Of a stretch of DNA of 30,220 nucleotides, positions 18,201-25,655 are shown piece after piece (the stretch's first letter is position 1; each line of letters begins with the position of its first letter). Below the pieces are notes generated by a model. It was not told where the DNA came from, made no database searches, and worked only from the letters and a program-made list of their open reading frames with translations. The stretch is taken from assembly GCA_038530915.1 (NCBI GenBank), contig JBCBCD010000001.1, positions 1 through 30,220 on the forward strand, read 5' to 3'. The DNA comes from Bacteroidota bacterium. GTDB taxonomy: Bacteria; Bacteroidota; Bacteroidia; Chitinophagales; Saprospiraceae. The position numbers and the translations under genes are program-made.

Positions 18201-19756
18201 AATACTTGTATGTTTTCGCCATTAACACCCAAGTTATACAAGCCGGTAGTGCCCAGCTCCAGTTCAATGGTAATTCTTTCTACGACACCATCATATTGAG
18301 TAAAATCAAAGATGGTATTCATCGCCTCATACCTCAGATAGTTGCCTTCACCAAAAGGTAACTCAGGAGCAGTCGTTCCATTTTTAACTTCCAGATCACC
18401 AAAAACGGTGCCCCAGAACAAGTTTTGGAAAGGGAGCAGGCTTACACCTACCCCTTCCTCTTCGTAGATGCGGTCACCGGGTTCGTATCCACTATTCGCA
18501 TTGTAAAACCCTGGGTCCAGTCCTTCAAAACCTATGCAAGATGAGGGTGGGGTGTTGCAATAGGACTTTTCCAAAGTTATTTTTTCACAGCAATCCAACT
18601 GTATCGCAGGACATACGCCCACAGTAAAAGTGGCTGCTTCGGTTAAAATTTCTATATTTTCAAGGGTTAGTGGTAATTCTGCATAACTGGCTGTATCGTA
18701 AGGTGCATCATCGATGTAAACGATGAAAAAGTCGTTGGGGGACGGTCTGAAATCCGTTTGGAAATTGAGGTATACATCATAAGCGATGCCATTGTCGTCA
18801 CAATTGACGATTTCAGCTTTCAAATCATTGATGCGGCATTCATTACCACAATTGGGGCTAAACAATTGGTACTTTGCCGCACAATTGGGGTCGGCCAAAT
18901 CTTGTATAATGAAAATATAGTTGTCCACATCACCTGATAATGGGCCAATTCTTGGGAAACTGTCTTGATAGCTGAATGTGCCATAGCTATCTCCATTTTC
19001 ATCCAACAACATATAGCCGTCAGAAAGAGGCTCGATAGCATCAAAAGCAATATTGGCATAAAAGATACCATTCGGCGTACAAGGCTCTGCTTCTACTGTA
19101 AAGTTTTCGATCAGACAGGTACTTGCAAAGCTAATCTGATAACAGATATCGTTGATGCCCATTTCCTGACCACCAATTATGATGCGAGATACATCACCGG
19201 TGATACAAACGGAGCCGGCAGGAAAATCAAAATCGAGGGTATCCACACTAATATCGATGCCTTCCAGTGCATCTATTTCTTTGAGTTTTTCAAAGGCTTC
19301 AAATAAGTTATTGGCAATAACAACTTGAGAATTGTTGATGCCAAGGTTAACTTCACCGCCACCGTCATAAAAATTAAAACAGATCTCGGCGAATTTTGTG
19401 TTAAAAAAGCCAAATTGAATATCCAGGTTAATGTTGCTTGGGGCAGCTAAAGGACCGACTTCCAGGAGGTCGCCAAAAAAGTCCTCACCTATGAAAAGGT
19501 TTTCATAGCCAGTACCGCCACTAGAATAAAAGAAAGTATCAAGTCTGACTTCGATTTCATCTTGAGCAAAAATTACTGTTTCAGGGGATGTATTTGTTGA
19601 CTTTCCGATGGTAAAAGAGGAGTCAACACCCAGAGATTCCCAGGTAATACAATCAGAATAAAATGGGGGCTGTGCATAGGTCGTAGATACTACCAGAATA
19701 AGTAGTAAACTCAACGAACTGATTAGTTTTAGCAGATTGTTCATGGTTACCTTCAT
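12221..19756 (-). CDS. Giant T9SS-secreted repeat protein (19 Cys-framed ~92-100-aa repeats, dockerin-like, cohesin-like, CTD)
   Basis: Signal peptide; repeat pattern C-x-I-x10-C..G.F.V...F..Y.DLP..GPF..C..C; WPGDANAD..DCNGDGVVDIAD; IPITLG..DIYGFAFEIEFD; CTD IYPNPV..GVYMMRM. The start could be 19744. Confidence 0.9.
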   Translation of the reverse strand: MKVTMNNLLKLISSLSLLLILVVSTTYAQPPFYSDCITWESLGVDSSFTIGKSTNTSPETVIFAQDEIEVRLDTFFYSSGGTGYENLFIGEDFFGDLLEVGPLAAPSNINLDIQFGFFNTKFAEICFNFYDGGGEVNLGINNSQVVIANNLFEAFEKLKEIDALEGIDISVDTLDFDFPAGSVCITGDVSRIIIGGQEMGINDICYQISFASTCLIENFTVEAEPCTPNGIFYANIAFDAIEPLSDGYMLLDENGDSYGTFSYQDSFPRIGPLSGDVDNYIFIIQDLADPNCAAKYQLFSPNCGNECRINDLKAEIVNCDDNGIAYDVYLNFQTDFRPSPNDFFIVYIDDAPYDTASYAELPLTLENIEILTEAATFTVGVCPAIQLDCCEKITLEKSYCNTPPSSCIGFEGLDPGFYNANSGYEPGDRIYEEEGVGVSLLPFQNLFWGTVFGDLEVKNGTTAPELPFGEGNYLRYEAMNTIFDFTQYDGVVERITIELELGTTGLYNLGVNGENIQVLLTLSEEYFNIGNNVIAKFEREPGSANRGLLTVEGEIQAFLIGGAPLLLDNLCINPPLECAISELWADALPCDERGFFYVDINFQHEGDGKLFDLLYNDSLYGQYLYSELPVQVGPFKGPIKEPIIFTVIDSRDSSCAAETVVDGNDCVFICSFEDGKAAVVECNDDDDSYVLEINLDAYVDEGEFVVRSEDGQEFSFSYKDLPVKVRLPKSPNHPVDSGYVKVCDRNIDECCIGIAYDIPCGTQKCSIRDFTAKPTECDTNGNFYVYLDFKHENTSGVFVLWQNSQEISRHSYNDLPLRVGPFSSFTDDEMYWEVYDSEVPNCGAKVYRPYVDCTEKCSIRDFTVKASECDTNGNFYVYLDFHHDNTSKAFVFLQNGNEIAKYEYDELPIKVGPYSSFTRDLMYLEVQDIENRDCSAGAYRPTVNCLDSCSIRDFVARPSECDSLGNFYVALDFEHDYNSADTFFLYENSRLIGLYSYEDLPLRVGPFSSFTDDEMYWEVYDGFNSDCGAKVYRPYVDCEERCPIEKLVVLETICYPKEGIYEVLFDIEVRDRRGSFEVSTADGVTEKFAYDELPVKIKRRFSDALIPQFIQVCDLSFPECCLFEPLEIDCPVGDCAIENLVAEQVDCDTNGLYFVALKFEYVDVGESFVVATNQGDFGPFPYQDIPVTVGPFVSPSFEPLVIAVIDPETGCQDTTVVEDKCFQNPGCNIYDLRVESTDCDSNGVFFVKGQFEYKNPGEEYYVATDQGLFGPFSYEDQPFEIGPFEGIPGDSLAIEVFDTLTFCGARTVIDVNCFSTECGIYNLRVERTDCDEAGFFRVKGTFDFKNVGEAFLIKTNQGDFGPFKYSDLPFDLGEFEGNDEEPLVIEIIDREVGCYANTVIDARCGGSSDCPLDEVKAETTNCNDGFYYVDLKIRPDTFSNSGFAVFINGAVFGPFEYNNSNSQLQFGPFEATGDDVNILIIDLYNPVDCYTALTLDAPDCEKDCGLESLHLEVDSCTANGERMIYVIPDFSDGVRGGDPFDVFLFDEYMGTFVADEFPVAIPAWTDSTANSLWQTVSVKALNAAGVYDCTIRSEIFVEPCYEPPYCDILDIEIKPDSCNADGSFFLYVDLKLEPSLLTVVREYDIYIYDEYFGRFGDFQFPVYLGPIKPQGELLITAKSVLRPDCQFRKLFEPPYCVDPCPIKEIKAEFIDCYDSGKYKVAVNLDYQETDSEYFILYDQLGTIGRYKYADLPIEVEVGLPSSEGVLYLSACDPNTNCCADTKLEVPDCPVPPCNLVDLQLYPDSCYAGWQQYPSIFVQPIIADFAAAADSFDVYRFDEYVGTFLLRDFPILIDPVFTSNSNEVKITVKSNAFPDCAVSSSIGVESCVSESCGVRSLEVYQVDCTDDGKYNLEIKPEFSPLAGPTDLIYEVIVNGEVFDSISTSQSSIVVGPFEGIIIDYITVALSNAELGCRFVQDVFVKDGCTDDECKIDDFNISLLECLDDNRFILEVDFEYNGDGNQSFDLYDRNGRIGFFRLDDLPILLEIYNPGPNTFNYYLKACINDNDTCCAEAEIDLYEYCKNDLCEISELTVSLNDCYVSGDTEYGFTLDFEAGNNLDNFLIVNENGSSLGVFTEDDLPLSFDSLTIPFESTTGLPRAGLFEIITFPDTCVLSFEVPLEPCPSPEVWPGDANADNIANHRDLIYIGVAFGHTGPTRFDGGVDWEANVSRAWNGAFANGINFQHADCNGDGVVDIADKLVIERNYGETRGTEIARAPLPLTDLDPSIFVEVPETGSMQGARSFRIPITLGTFEKPATDIYGFAFEIEFDTTIIDPSSIEIEYPNSWFGVNNVNILTIDKVYSDGIIEMALTRNDQNDVSGYGPIAYMSGIILDIAGIKESSVSTKHTFAVSTTNGIIPLGTETIEFKAIGGNDPLQILKTLEIYPNPVTNNLYFTNAAGVPIDELQIFDVHGRRVSGILKEVSELDLSTLPNGVYMMRMNIGGVILNRKIMKQ

Positions 19757-19952
19757 TTAATCAAGATATATGGAGATTGTTAACTAATTAATCACATTAC
19801 AAATATGCTTGATCTTTTAGCGTAAATAAAGTACTTTTAAGGGTGATTATTGAGTTGCTTTCTCCTTTATAAAGAATTGATTTTATTTTAAAAATTTGAT
19901 AATGAGTGTTTTGTGGTGAAATGTATTGTGTAAATAATTGACTGTTAATTTT

Positions 19953-21413
19953 ATGGGAAAAAAATTATTTGAAAATTTGGGCCATTTAGATACAAAACAA
20001 CTGAAGCGATTTCAGTCGTTTGTCGACTCGCCCTATTTCAATAAGCATAACAAAGTGCGGAGATTGATGGAATATGTTTTGCCGTTTCATCCTTCTTATG
20101 ACGATAAAGCACTGCAACAAGATACTATTTTTACCCACCTTTTTCCAGAAGAAAAATTTCAGCAGAACAAACTTGCGGTGATTTTTACTTATACACAAAG
20201 GCTTTACAGACAGTTTGTTAGCCTGGAAAGGATGCAATCCCGGCCCATGGAGCTAGAATTGGGCTGGCTGGAAGAACTGCGCCATCAAATGGAATTTGAC
20301 CAATACGAAAAACAGTACGACAAAATTTTTTCCCAGCTAAAAAAAGAAGAAAAGGAAGCCACCCTGTTTTACCATCAGCGATATCGACTATCGGCAGATC
20401 GGGCCATGCTTTCTTTACAAAAGGGTAGGAGAGAGGAGGATCAGAGTTTGCAGAGCAAGCAAAATTTCCTGGATGCTTTCTTTTTGGCCGAAAAATTCAG
20501 AGATGCCTGCGAATTGCATTTGCGCGGAAAAGAAATGAAAGAAGAGTTCAAACTCCGTCTGATCGACGCTGCCATAGAAGAGATGGAATCCCAGACAAAA
20601 ATCTACCAGCCTTTTCCTTTTGTGATGATGTACTACAACATTTACATCATGCTCACCAATAATGACAATCCTGATTATTACTATCAGGCCTTTGATTTAC
20701 TCAAAAGTCAGGTCCATTATTTCTCAGAAAACGAACTCAAAACCCTATACAATTACCTACAAAACTACTGTATTGAAAAGATCAATTCCGGTAGAGCCGA
20801 TTTCCTTAAAGAGATTTTCTTGCTGTATAAGAGTCAGCTAGAGAATGAGCTGCTCATTGAAGAAGGTTACCTCAGTGAGTGGCATTACAAAAACATTGTC
20901 ACCACCGGTATTCGCCTCAAAGAAATCGATTGGGTAGAAGACTTCATCGAAAGCTACAAAGACAAAATGAAACCAGACAGCATAGACAATGCTTACCGAT
21001 TCAATCGAGCAGCTTTCTGTCATGCTACCCAAAGATACGATGAAGTACTTTCCCTGCTCCATCAGGTTGAGTATAGTGACCTGCGTTATAATCTCGGTGC
21101 CAAAGCGCTCCTCCTACGCACCTATTACGAACTCGAAGAACTGGATGCCTTATCAGCTCTAACAGACTCTTTCCGACAGTACCTCCTGAGAAACAAGCTC
21201 ATGGCCGATACTCATCGAAGAGGCTACTACAACCTTTTCCGACTCACGAAAAAGATGGCCACCCTTAGAGTCAACCAAAGCTATTATTCCGACAAGCGCA
21301 AACAAAAAGAAATTGAACAATTGAGAAGAGCGATAGATAATACGACCTATATTTTTAATAAATCGTGGTTGGAACAAAAATATGGTGAGTTGATGGAGGA
21401 AGTAATTGTGTAA
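19953..21413 (+). CDS. Hypothetical all-helical protein, possible winged-helix + TPR-like regulator
   Basis: Long ORF (ATG at 19953; TTG at 19938); no signal peptide or TM segment; helical-repeat character; divergent from the giant gene. Confidence 0.7.
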   Translation: MGKKLFENLGHLDTKQLKRFQSFVDSPYFNKHNKVRRLMEYVLPFHPSYDDKALQQDTIFTHLFPEEKFQQNKLAVIFTYTQRLYRQFVSLERMQSRPMELELGWLEELRHQMEFDQYEKQYDKIFSQLKKEEKEATLFYHQRYRLSADRAMLSLQKGRREEDQSLQSKQNFLDAFFLAEKFRDACELHLRGKEMKEEFKLRLIDAAIEEMESQTKIYQPFPFVMMYYNIYIMLTNNDNPDYYYQAFDLLKSQVHYFSENELKTLYNYLQNYCIEKINSGRADFLKEIFLLYKSQLENELLIEEGYLSEWHYKNIVTTGIRLKEIDWVEDFIESYKDKMKPDSIDNAYRFNRAAFCHATQRYDEVLSLLHQVEYSDLRYNLGAKALLLRTYYELEELDALSALTDSFRQYLLRNKLMADTHRRGYYNLFRLTKKMATLRVNQSYYSDKRKQKEIEQLRRAIDNTTYIFNKSWLEQKYGELMEEVIV

Positions 21414-21420
21414 ATATTTT

Positions 21421-21448
21421 GGTGTAGGGTGTAGGGTGTAGGGTGTAG
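21421..21448. repeat. Heptamer tandem repeat (GGTGTAG)x4
   Basis: Four exact copies 7 nt after the stop at 21413. Confidence 0.9.
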
Positions 21449-21512
21449 TGGGAATAGAAGAATTATTAAATGAAGTAAGCTAACTCCATGAAACTCTTGC
21501 GACACCATGGTG

Positions 21513-21546
21513 AAAAAAAGAGCTGCAGGAATCCACCCACAGCTCT
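21513..21546 (-). terminator. Rho-independent terminator of the AhpD-like gene
   Basis: Minus-strand agagctgtggg-tggatt-cctgcagctct followed by a T-tract. Confidence 0.7.
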
Positions 21547-21567
21547 CACAAATCTGACTTTACTATA

Positions 21568-22116
21568 TTATGCGTTAACAGTGGCTAAAGCTGGAGCAGC
21601 TGGGAAATCAACTGGCACCTGAGTCGTTTTGTGCAAGAAGTTGCTGATGATTTTATCACCAATCACGACCAAAATATCTACCAAATTAGCTTCATTATAA
21701 CCAGCTGCAAACAATTTCTCTTTAGTAGCATCGCTAGTAGTTCCTCTTTCTTCAGTAATTTCTTTTACGAATTTAACCAAGGCATCGGTTTTAGCATCGA
21801 AAGAAGCACTACCGCCACGGATCTCAAGGATTTGATCATCTGTGAAGCCATTCATTTTACCCAAAGCGGTGTGAGCAGCCAAACAGTACTGACATTCATT
21901 CACTTGGCTCACTACCAAATTGATCACCTCTCTCTCCTTAGCTTTAAGGGTACTTTTACGGTTTTGAAAAGCAAGGTAATCGCCCAGAGCGGTATCGTTG
22001 TAAGCAAAAGTAGCATACAAATTAGGAACGAAACCTACCATTTTTTTCAAATTGTCAAAAATAGCTTGGTTGTTTTCTGATACTTGATCTCTGGTTGGAA
22101 CTGCAAAAGCTTTCAT
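21568..22116 (-). CDS. Carboxymuconolactone decarboxylase / AhpD-like alkylhydroperoxidase
   Basis: GFVPNLY, REVINLVVSQVNECQYCLAAH (CxxC-x3-H motif). Confidence 0.88.
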   Translation of the reverse strand: MKAFAVPTRDQVSENNQAIFDNLKKMVGFVPNLYATFAYNDTALGDYLAFQNRKSTLKAKEREVINLVVSQVNECQYCLAAHTALGKMNGFTDDQILEIRGGSASFDAKTDALVKFVKEITEERGTTSDATKEKLFAAGYNEANLVDILVVIGDKIISNFLHKTTQVPVDFPAAPALATVNA

Positions 22117-22177
22117 TGTTGTTGTTATTTTGTTATTGATTAATTACACCACAAAGATGCAGGCAAAAAGGAGGGGA

Positions 22178-22217
22178 GGAGTAGGATGAATTTCCCGGGG
22201 AGTAGGATTTTTTTCCC
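22178..22217 (-). promoter_or_regulatory. Direct-repeat operator candidate (21-bp period)
   Basis: ggagtaggatgaatttccc and ggagtaggatttttttccc, upstream of a near-consensus -7 element (CATCTTTG, 22152-22159 on -). Confidence 0.5.
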
Positions 22218-22255
22218 ATAGGGCATAATTCATAGGTCATAGGTCATAGGTCATA
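22217..22255. repeat. Heptamer repeat (CATAGGT)x3 exact plus degenerate flanks
   Basis: cataggg cataatt cataggt cataggt cataggt cata. Confidence 0.85.
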
Positions 22256-22511
22256 CTCTGTGAAACTCTTGCGACACTATGGTGAGGAAATGTATACATT
22301 TGGTAAGTAAGAACCTTTTTTATCTTGTGATCTTGCGATGATTTAAGTTGAGTATTTTGTTATTTTGGTTTAGCAAAAGCAGCTATGACAGCATAAAAAC
22401 ATAACAGCATGGTTACTTGCTGGAATAAATTTCACCCAACCTCCATCACAAAATGATCGTACCTGCCAGAGCAGCCATGACAGCATAACAAGATGAAAAG
22501 ATAACAAGATG

Positions 22512-22543
22512 AAAAAAAGCCGAAGCCGTTACCGACTTCGACT
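22512..22543 (-). terminator. Rho-independent terminator of the SPOR pair
   Basis: Minus-strand agtcgaagtcg-gtaa-cggcttcggct (11 bp, 2 G-U) followed by a T-tract, 29 nt after the stop at 22573. Confidence 0.8.
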
Positions 22544-22572
22544 CAAAAAGCCACAACTTACCAGACCAGGTT

Positions 22573-23271
22573 TTACAGGATCCTTATGCCTTGAAGGTCT
22601 CGGACAAAGCCTTGAAGACTTTGCTGTAGCTTGAATTGTTGTATATCAGATCTGTTGAGAAAAGGACCTAACAGTAGTTTGTACGGAATAGTACTGTTGG
22701 GATCATAGCCCAATTGGACCAATGAGCCATAGTTGGAGTAATAGCTTTCAAATGTGGTATAGGCGTTTTGTTCCAGCTTAAAAGCATGCAGTTGTAAGTA
22801 GAGCTTTTGATTGGCAATGGCTTTTTGTGGCTTTGCTGGTTTTGGTTTAGGGGATGGACTTGGAACTGAAGTTTCGTAAGTAGTTGGAGTAAGTGTCGAT
22901 TCAGAAGGAGTAGACGCTTCTGACTTTACTTTAGGAGCTAAGTTAAATGGTATAGACTGTGTAGTTGATGATGGAACCAAAGTTTCTTGTTTTCTGCTTT
23001 TTGGTTTTTGTTGGGAAGATGGGCTGGTCTTTCGCTCTATTGTTTCCAATAACAGGTAGCCGGTAAATGAGATCACCACAAAGATCAGTAAACTAATGAT
23101 GTAAGTGTACTTGGTTTTTAGATTCAGAAAATCATCAGTCACTCTTTTCTTGACGGGAATCAACTGAATCACTAAGTTTCCTATGCTTTTTTGAAACTTC
23201 CTAACAATAAGTAGCCCAATAATAAGCGAGAGGAATACTTGGAAATACTGAAAAAGAACCATTAAAGTCAT
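22573..23271 (-). CDS. Membrane protein with C-terminal SPOR domain
   Basis: Two N-terminal hydrophobic segments, Ser/Pro/Lys linker, then LYLQLHAF..NA..YKLLLGPF. Confidence 0.75.
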   Translation of the reverse strand: MTLMVLFQYFQVFLSLIIGLLIVRKFQKSIGNLVIQLIPVKKRVTDDFLNLKTKYTYIISLLIFVVISFTGYLLLETIERKTSPSSQQKPKSRKQETLVPSSTTQSIPFNLAPKVKSEASTPSESTLTPTTYETSVPSPSPKPKPAKPQKAIANQKLYLQLHAFKLEQNAYTTFESYYSNYGSLVQLGYDPNSTIPYKLLLGPFLNRSDIQQFKLQQSLQGFVRDLQGIRIL

Positions 23272-23358
23272 TTAATCAATTTTTGTGTTTAAAATGTTTT
23301 CGTTGGTGCGAATGAGTTGGGTTGTTCTTTTCCGGTAAGCGGCTTCTATGCTATGCTT

Positions 23359-23955
23359 TTACCATTCAATAATATGACTGTTGATGCTAAGCTCTTTTTG
23401 ATACCTTTTGGCCAATGATTTTTCCTCAAATGGTCCAATTAAGAGTTTGAATAAGTTTTCATAAGGCTCCAATTGCAGGTTTATGAACTGCCCCTTGTAA
23501 TTGTTGTAAGCATGGGCTGCATTTCTGTAATCCTTGAAGGCACCTATTTGTATGTAGTATTTTGGACCGTGCATGATATTCGAAAAAAGGGAGCTCTCCT
23601 CCGCAGAATCGAGCTCCTGGCTGAACGGAATGAACGGTATGTCTTTAGGGGTTTGTTTTTTGGCCAGACTCACCTTTTGCAATGGCAAGTTGTCATCTAA
23701 TCCTATATTCTGAAAATTGGTCCATCGTGAAAAAGCTACCAATAAGCCTATGATCAATGTAACGAAGATTAGGAAATACATAAATGCATTGCTGTCTCTA
23801 TTGTGGTATCTGGGGTTTAGAAAAGTTGGGTCTTGCCATTGTCTTTGTGACATCGGCAGCTGATTGTTGTTAGACATTTTGTTGCCCATCAGCATGCCTA
23901 TTATAATGCCTGCGAGAAGTAGAATGATCAGTAAGTTAAGGTTGTCCATAGTCAT
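23359..23955 (-). CDS. Membrane protein with C-terminal SPOR domain
   Basis: Two hydrophobic segments, then YYIQIGAF..NA..FKLLIGPF. The start could be 23949. Confidence 0.8.
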   Translation of the reverse strand: MTMDNLNLLIILLLAGIIIGMLMGNKMSNNNQLPMSQRQWQDPTFLNPRYHNRDSNAFMYFLIFVTLIIGLLVAFSRWTNFQNIGLDDNLPLQKVSLAKKQTPKDIPFIPFSQELDSAEESSLFSNIMHGPKYYIQIGAFKDYRNAAHAYNNYKGQFINLQLEPYENLFKLLIGPFEEKSLAKRYQKELSINSHIIEW

Positions 23956-24161
23956 TCAGTATGTTCTATTTTCTGTGACTATGACACTTCCCAAACCAAT
24001 TTTAATAAGGAGACATCATTATTTTATTGCTTTGAAGATTATTTTGATTTTTTTAAAAAAAAGCGAAGAATTCTCAATTGGTAAGTGTATACGATAGGAA
24101 AACGATTTACAAACACTACAATTAACTTATTTACTAATTGTAAAAAATCAAACATAATACA

Positions 24162-24569
24162 ATGAGCCACCATCTAACTAAGCTCCTCTGCTCTGTTGAA
24201 GTAAGAGCTTCATCGGACGCTTCTTTAAAAATATTGGATAATTTACTGAAAAGTTATATCCCAGAATTATTCCTTAAGTCTCCATCCATCCGTGATGACT
24301 TAACATTTATTTTGCAAGAGGAAAATGCGGAATGCCTCTTACAAGAATATCTCGATTCACTAAGTCTAGCAGGAACATTTAACATGGATGAACTATATGA
24401 CTTACTTCTGGGAATCCATTACATATATATAGATGATAAGCTTAATTCTATTTATGAAGTAGAAAATGTTCTGAATGCAAGTAAAGATCAAACTTCTTTT
24501 TTCTTAGAAAATTATTACCAAGCAAATCAAGCTGTATGTAAAATTAATGTTGTAAAATCTTCAAAATAG
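24162..24569 (+). CDS. Hypothetical protein (135 aa)
   Basis: ATG-initiated ORF, first of the rightward run; acidic and helical; no family recognised. Confidence 0.65.
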   Translation: MSHHLTKLLCSVEVRASSDASLKILDNLLKSYIPELFLKSPSIRDDLTFILQEENAECLLQEYLDSLSLAGTFNMDELYDLLLGIHYIYIDDKLNSIYEVENVLNASKDQTSFFLENYYQANQAVCKINVVKSSK

Positions 24570-24680
24570 CCTATGTATCTATAACAATTATTTAATCTTA
24601 AAAGAGAATATTTTCCATTTGGCATGTGTAGAAGTAGTGTAATCAAGTTACTTATATCTATCCACTTCAAAATAAATACT

Positions 24681-25235
24681 ATGGAAAAGGGTAAGAAATC
24701 TGAAAAGCAGTGTGAGAGGTCGCTTGCCGAAGCAATTTATGTAGACCATCACAAAAAACTCTATCTACACGCCAGGGTGTTAACCAGAAGATACAAGCTT
24801 ATGAGTGATTTTGCTCAAGACTTGATACAAGAACTCTTTTGTGATATTCTCGATAAGGAAGATCAATATAGAGAAGGTATAAAAACGAAAGGTTATTCTT
24901 ACTTGTACAGAGCTTTGATCAACAAAACAAAGAATTTCAAGCGTGATAAGGAAACTCGTATTCAATATGAAGAATTAGCAAGTAGAAACAATGATGTAGG
25001 TTTGCCCTTCGAAATGAAGTTCAATAACCAAAAACAGTCCTTCTATGACTTCATGAAAGATAAACTAACAGAAAAAGAATACAAAGTAATGAGAAGATAT
25101 TTACTTAACTGTACACAATCTCAAATTGCTGACTCCCTAGACATTCCACAAGGAAGTGTGGGTAGAATAATTAAGAACTCTAAAGAGAAGCTTCGATGCC
25201 ATAAAGCAGAGTTTGATTTACTTCTTTACATATAA
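24681..25235 (+). CDS. ECF-like sigma-70 family RNA polymerase sigma factor
   Basis: Region 2-like AQDLIQELF..YLYRALINKTKNFKR; region 4 HTH SQIADSLDIPQGSVGRIIKNSKEKLR. ATG at 24681 preferred (ORF open from 24624). Confidence 0.75.
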   Translation: MEKGKKSEKQCERSLAEAIYVDHHKKLYLHARVLTRRYKLMSDFAQDLIQELFCDILDKEDQYREGIKTKGYSYLYRALINKTKNFKRDKETRIQYEELASRNNDVGLPFEMKFNNQKQSFYDFMKDKLTEKEYKVMRRYLLNCTQSQIADSLDIPQGSVGRIIKNSKEKLRCHKAEFDLLLYI

Positions 25236-25245
25236 ACCTCTATTT

Positions 25246-25587
25246 ATGCGAGCCACTATAACTCAGCCAAGTTTATTCACTGAAGAACCTATATTATTGG
25301 ATTATAGTCTGTTGAATGAATTGATCAAAGAGCTAATGCCAGAACTTTTAGATGGAAGTAAAAAATCTAAAAGGCTACTCAAAAGAATAGAAATTTTTCT
25401 CTTTTTCGACAGTAGTTATACCAGCGAATTATTAGCTAATGAATTAAGGTCAGAATTATACAATGCTTTTCGTGGAATCAAATCTATCAATGTTGTAAAG
25501 AATATCAACTTGATAGAATGGTATTTAGAAGAAAAGAAACGTGAATTTGGCCAATGGTTGGATCAAGCTATTCAATCCAAAAGATGA
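25246..25587 (+). CDS. Hypothetical protein (113 aa)
   Basis: ATG 10 nt after the sigma-factor stop; helical; no family recognised. Confidence 0.65.
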   Translation: MRATITQPSLFTEEPILLDYSLLNELIKELMPELLDGSKKSKRLLKRIEIFLFFDSSYTSELLANELRSELYNAFRGIKSINVVKNINLIEWYLEEKKREFGQWLDQAIQSKR

Positions 25588-25655
25588 GTATGAGTATTTA
25601 GCCATTTACTTCAAGACCAGGATTGCACTTTTTTTATTCACCACAATCCTGCACA

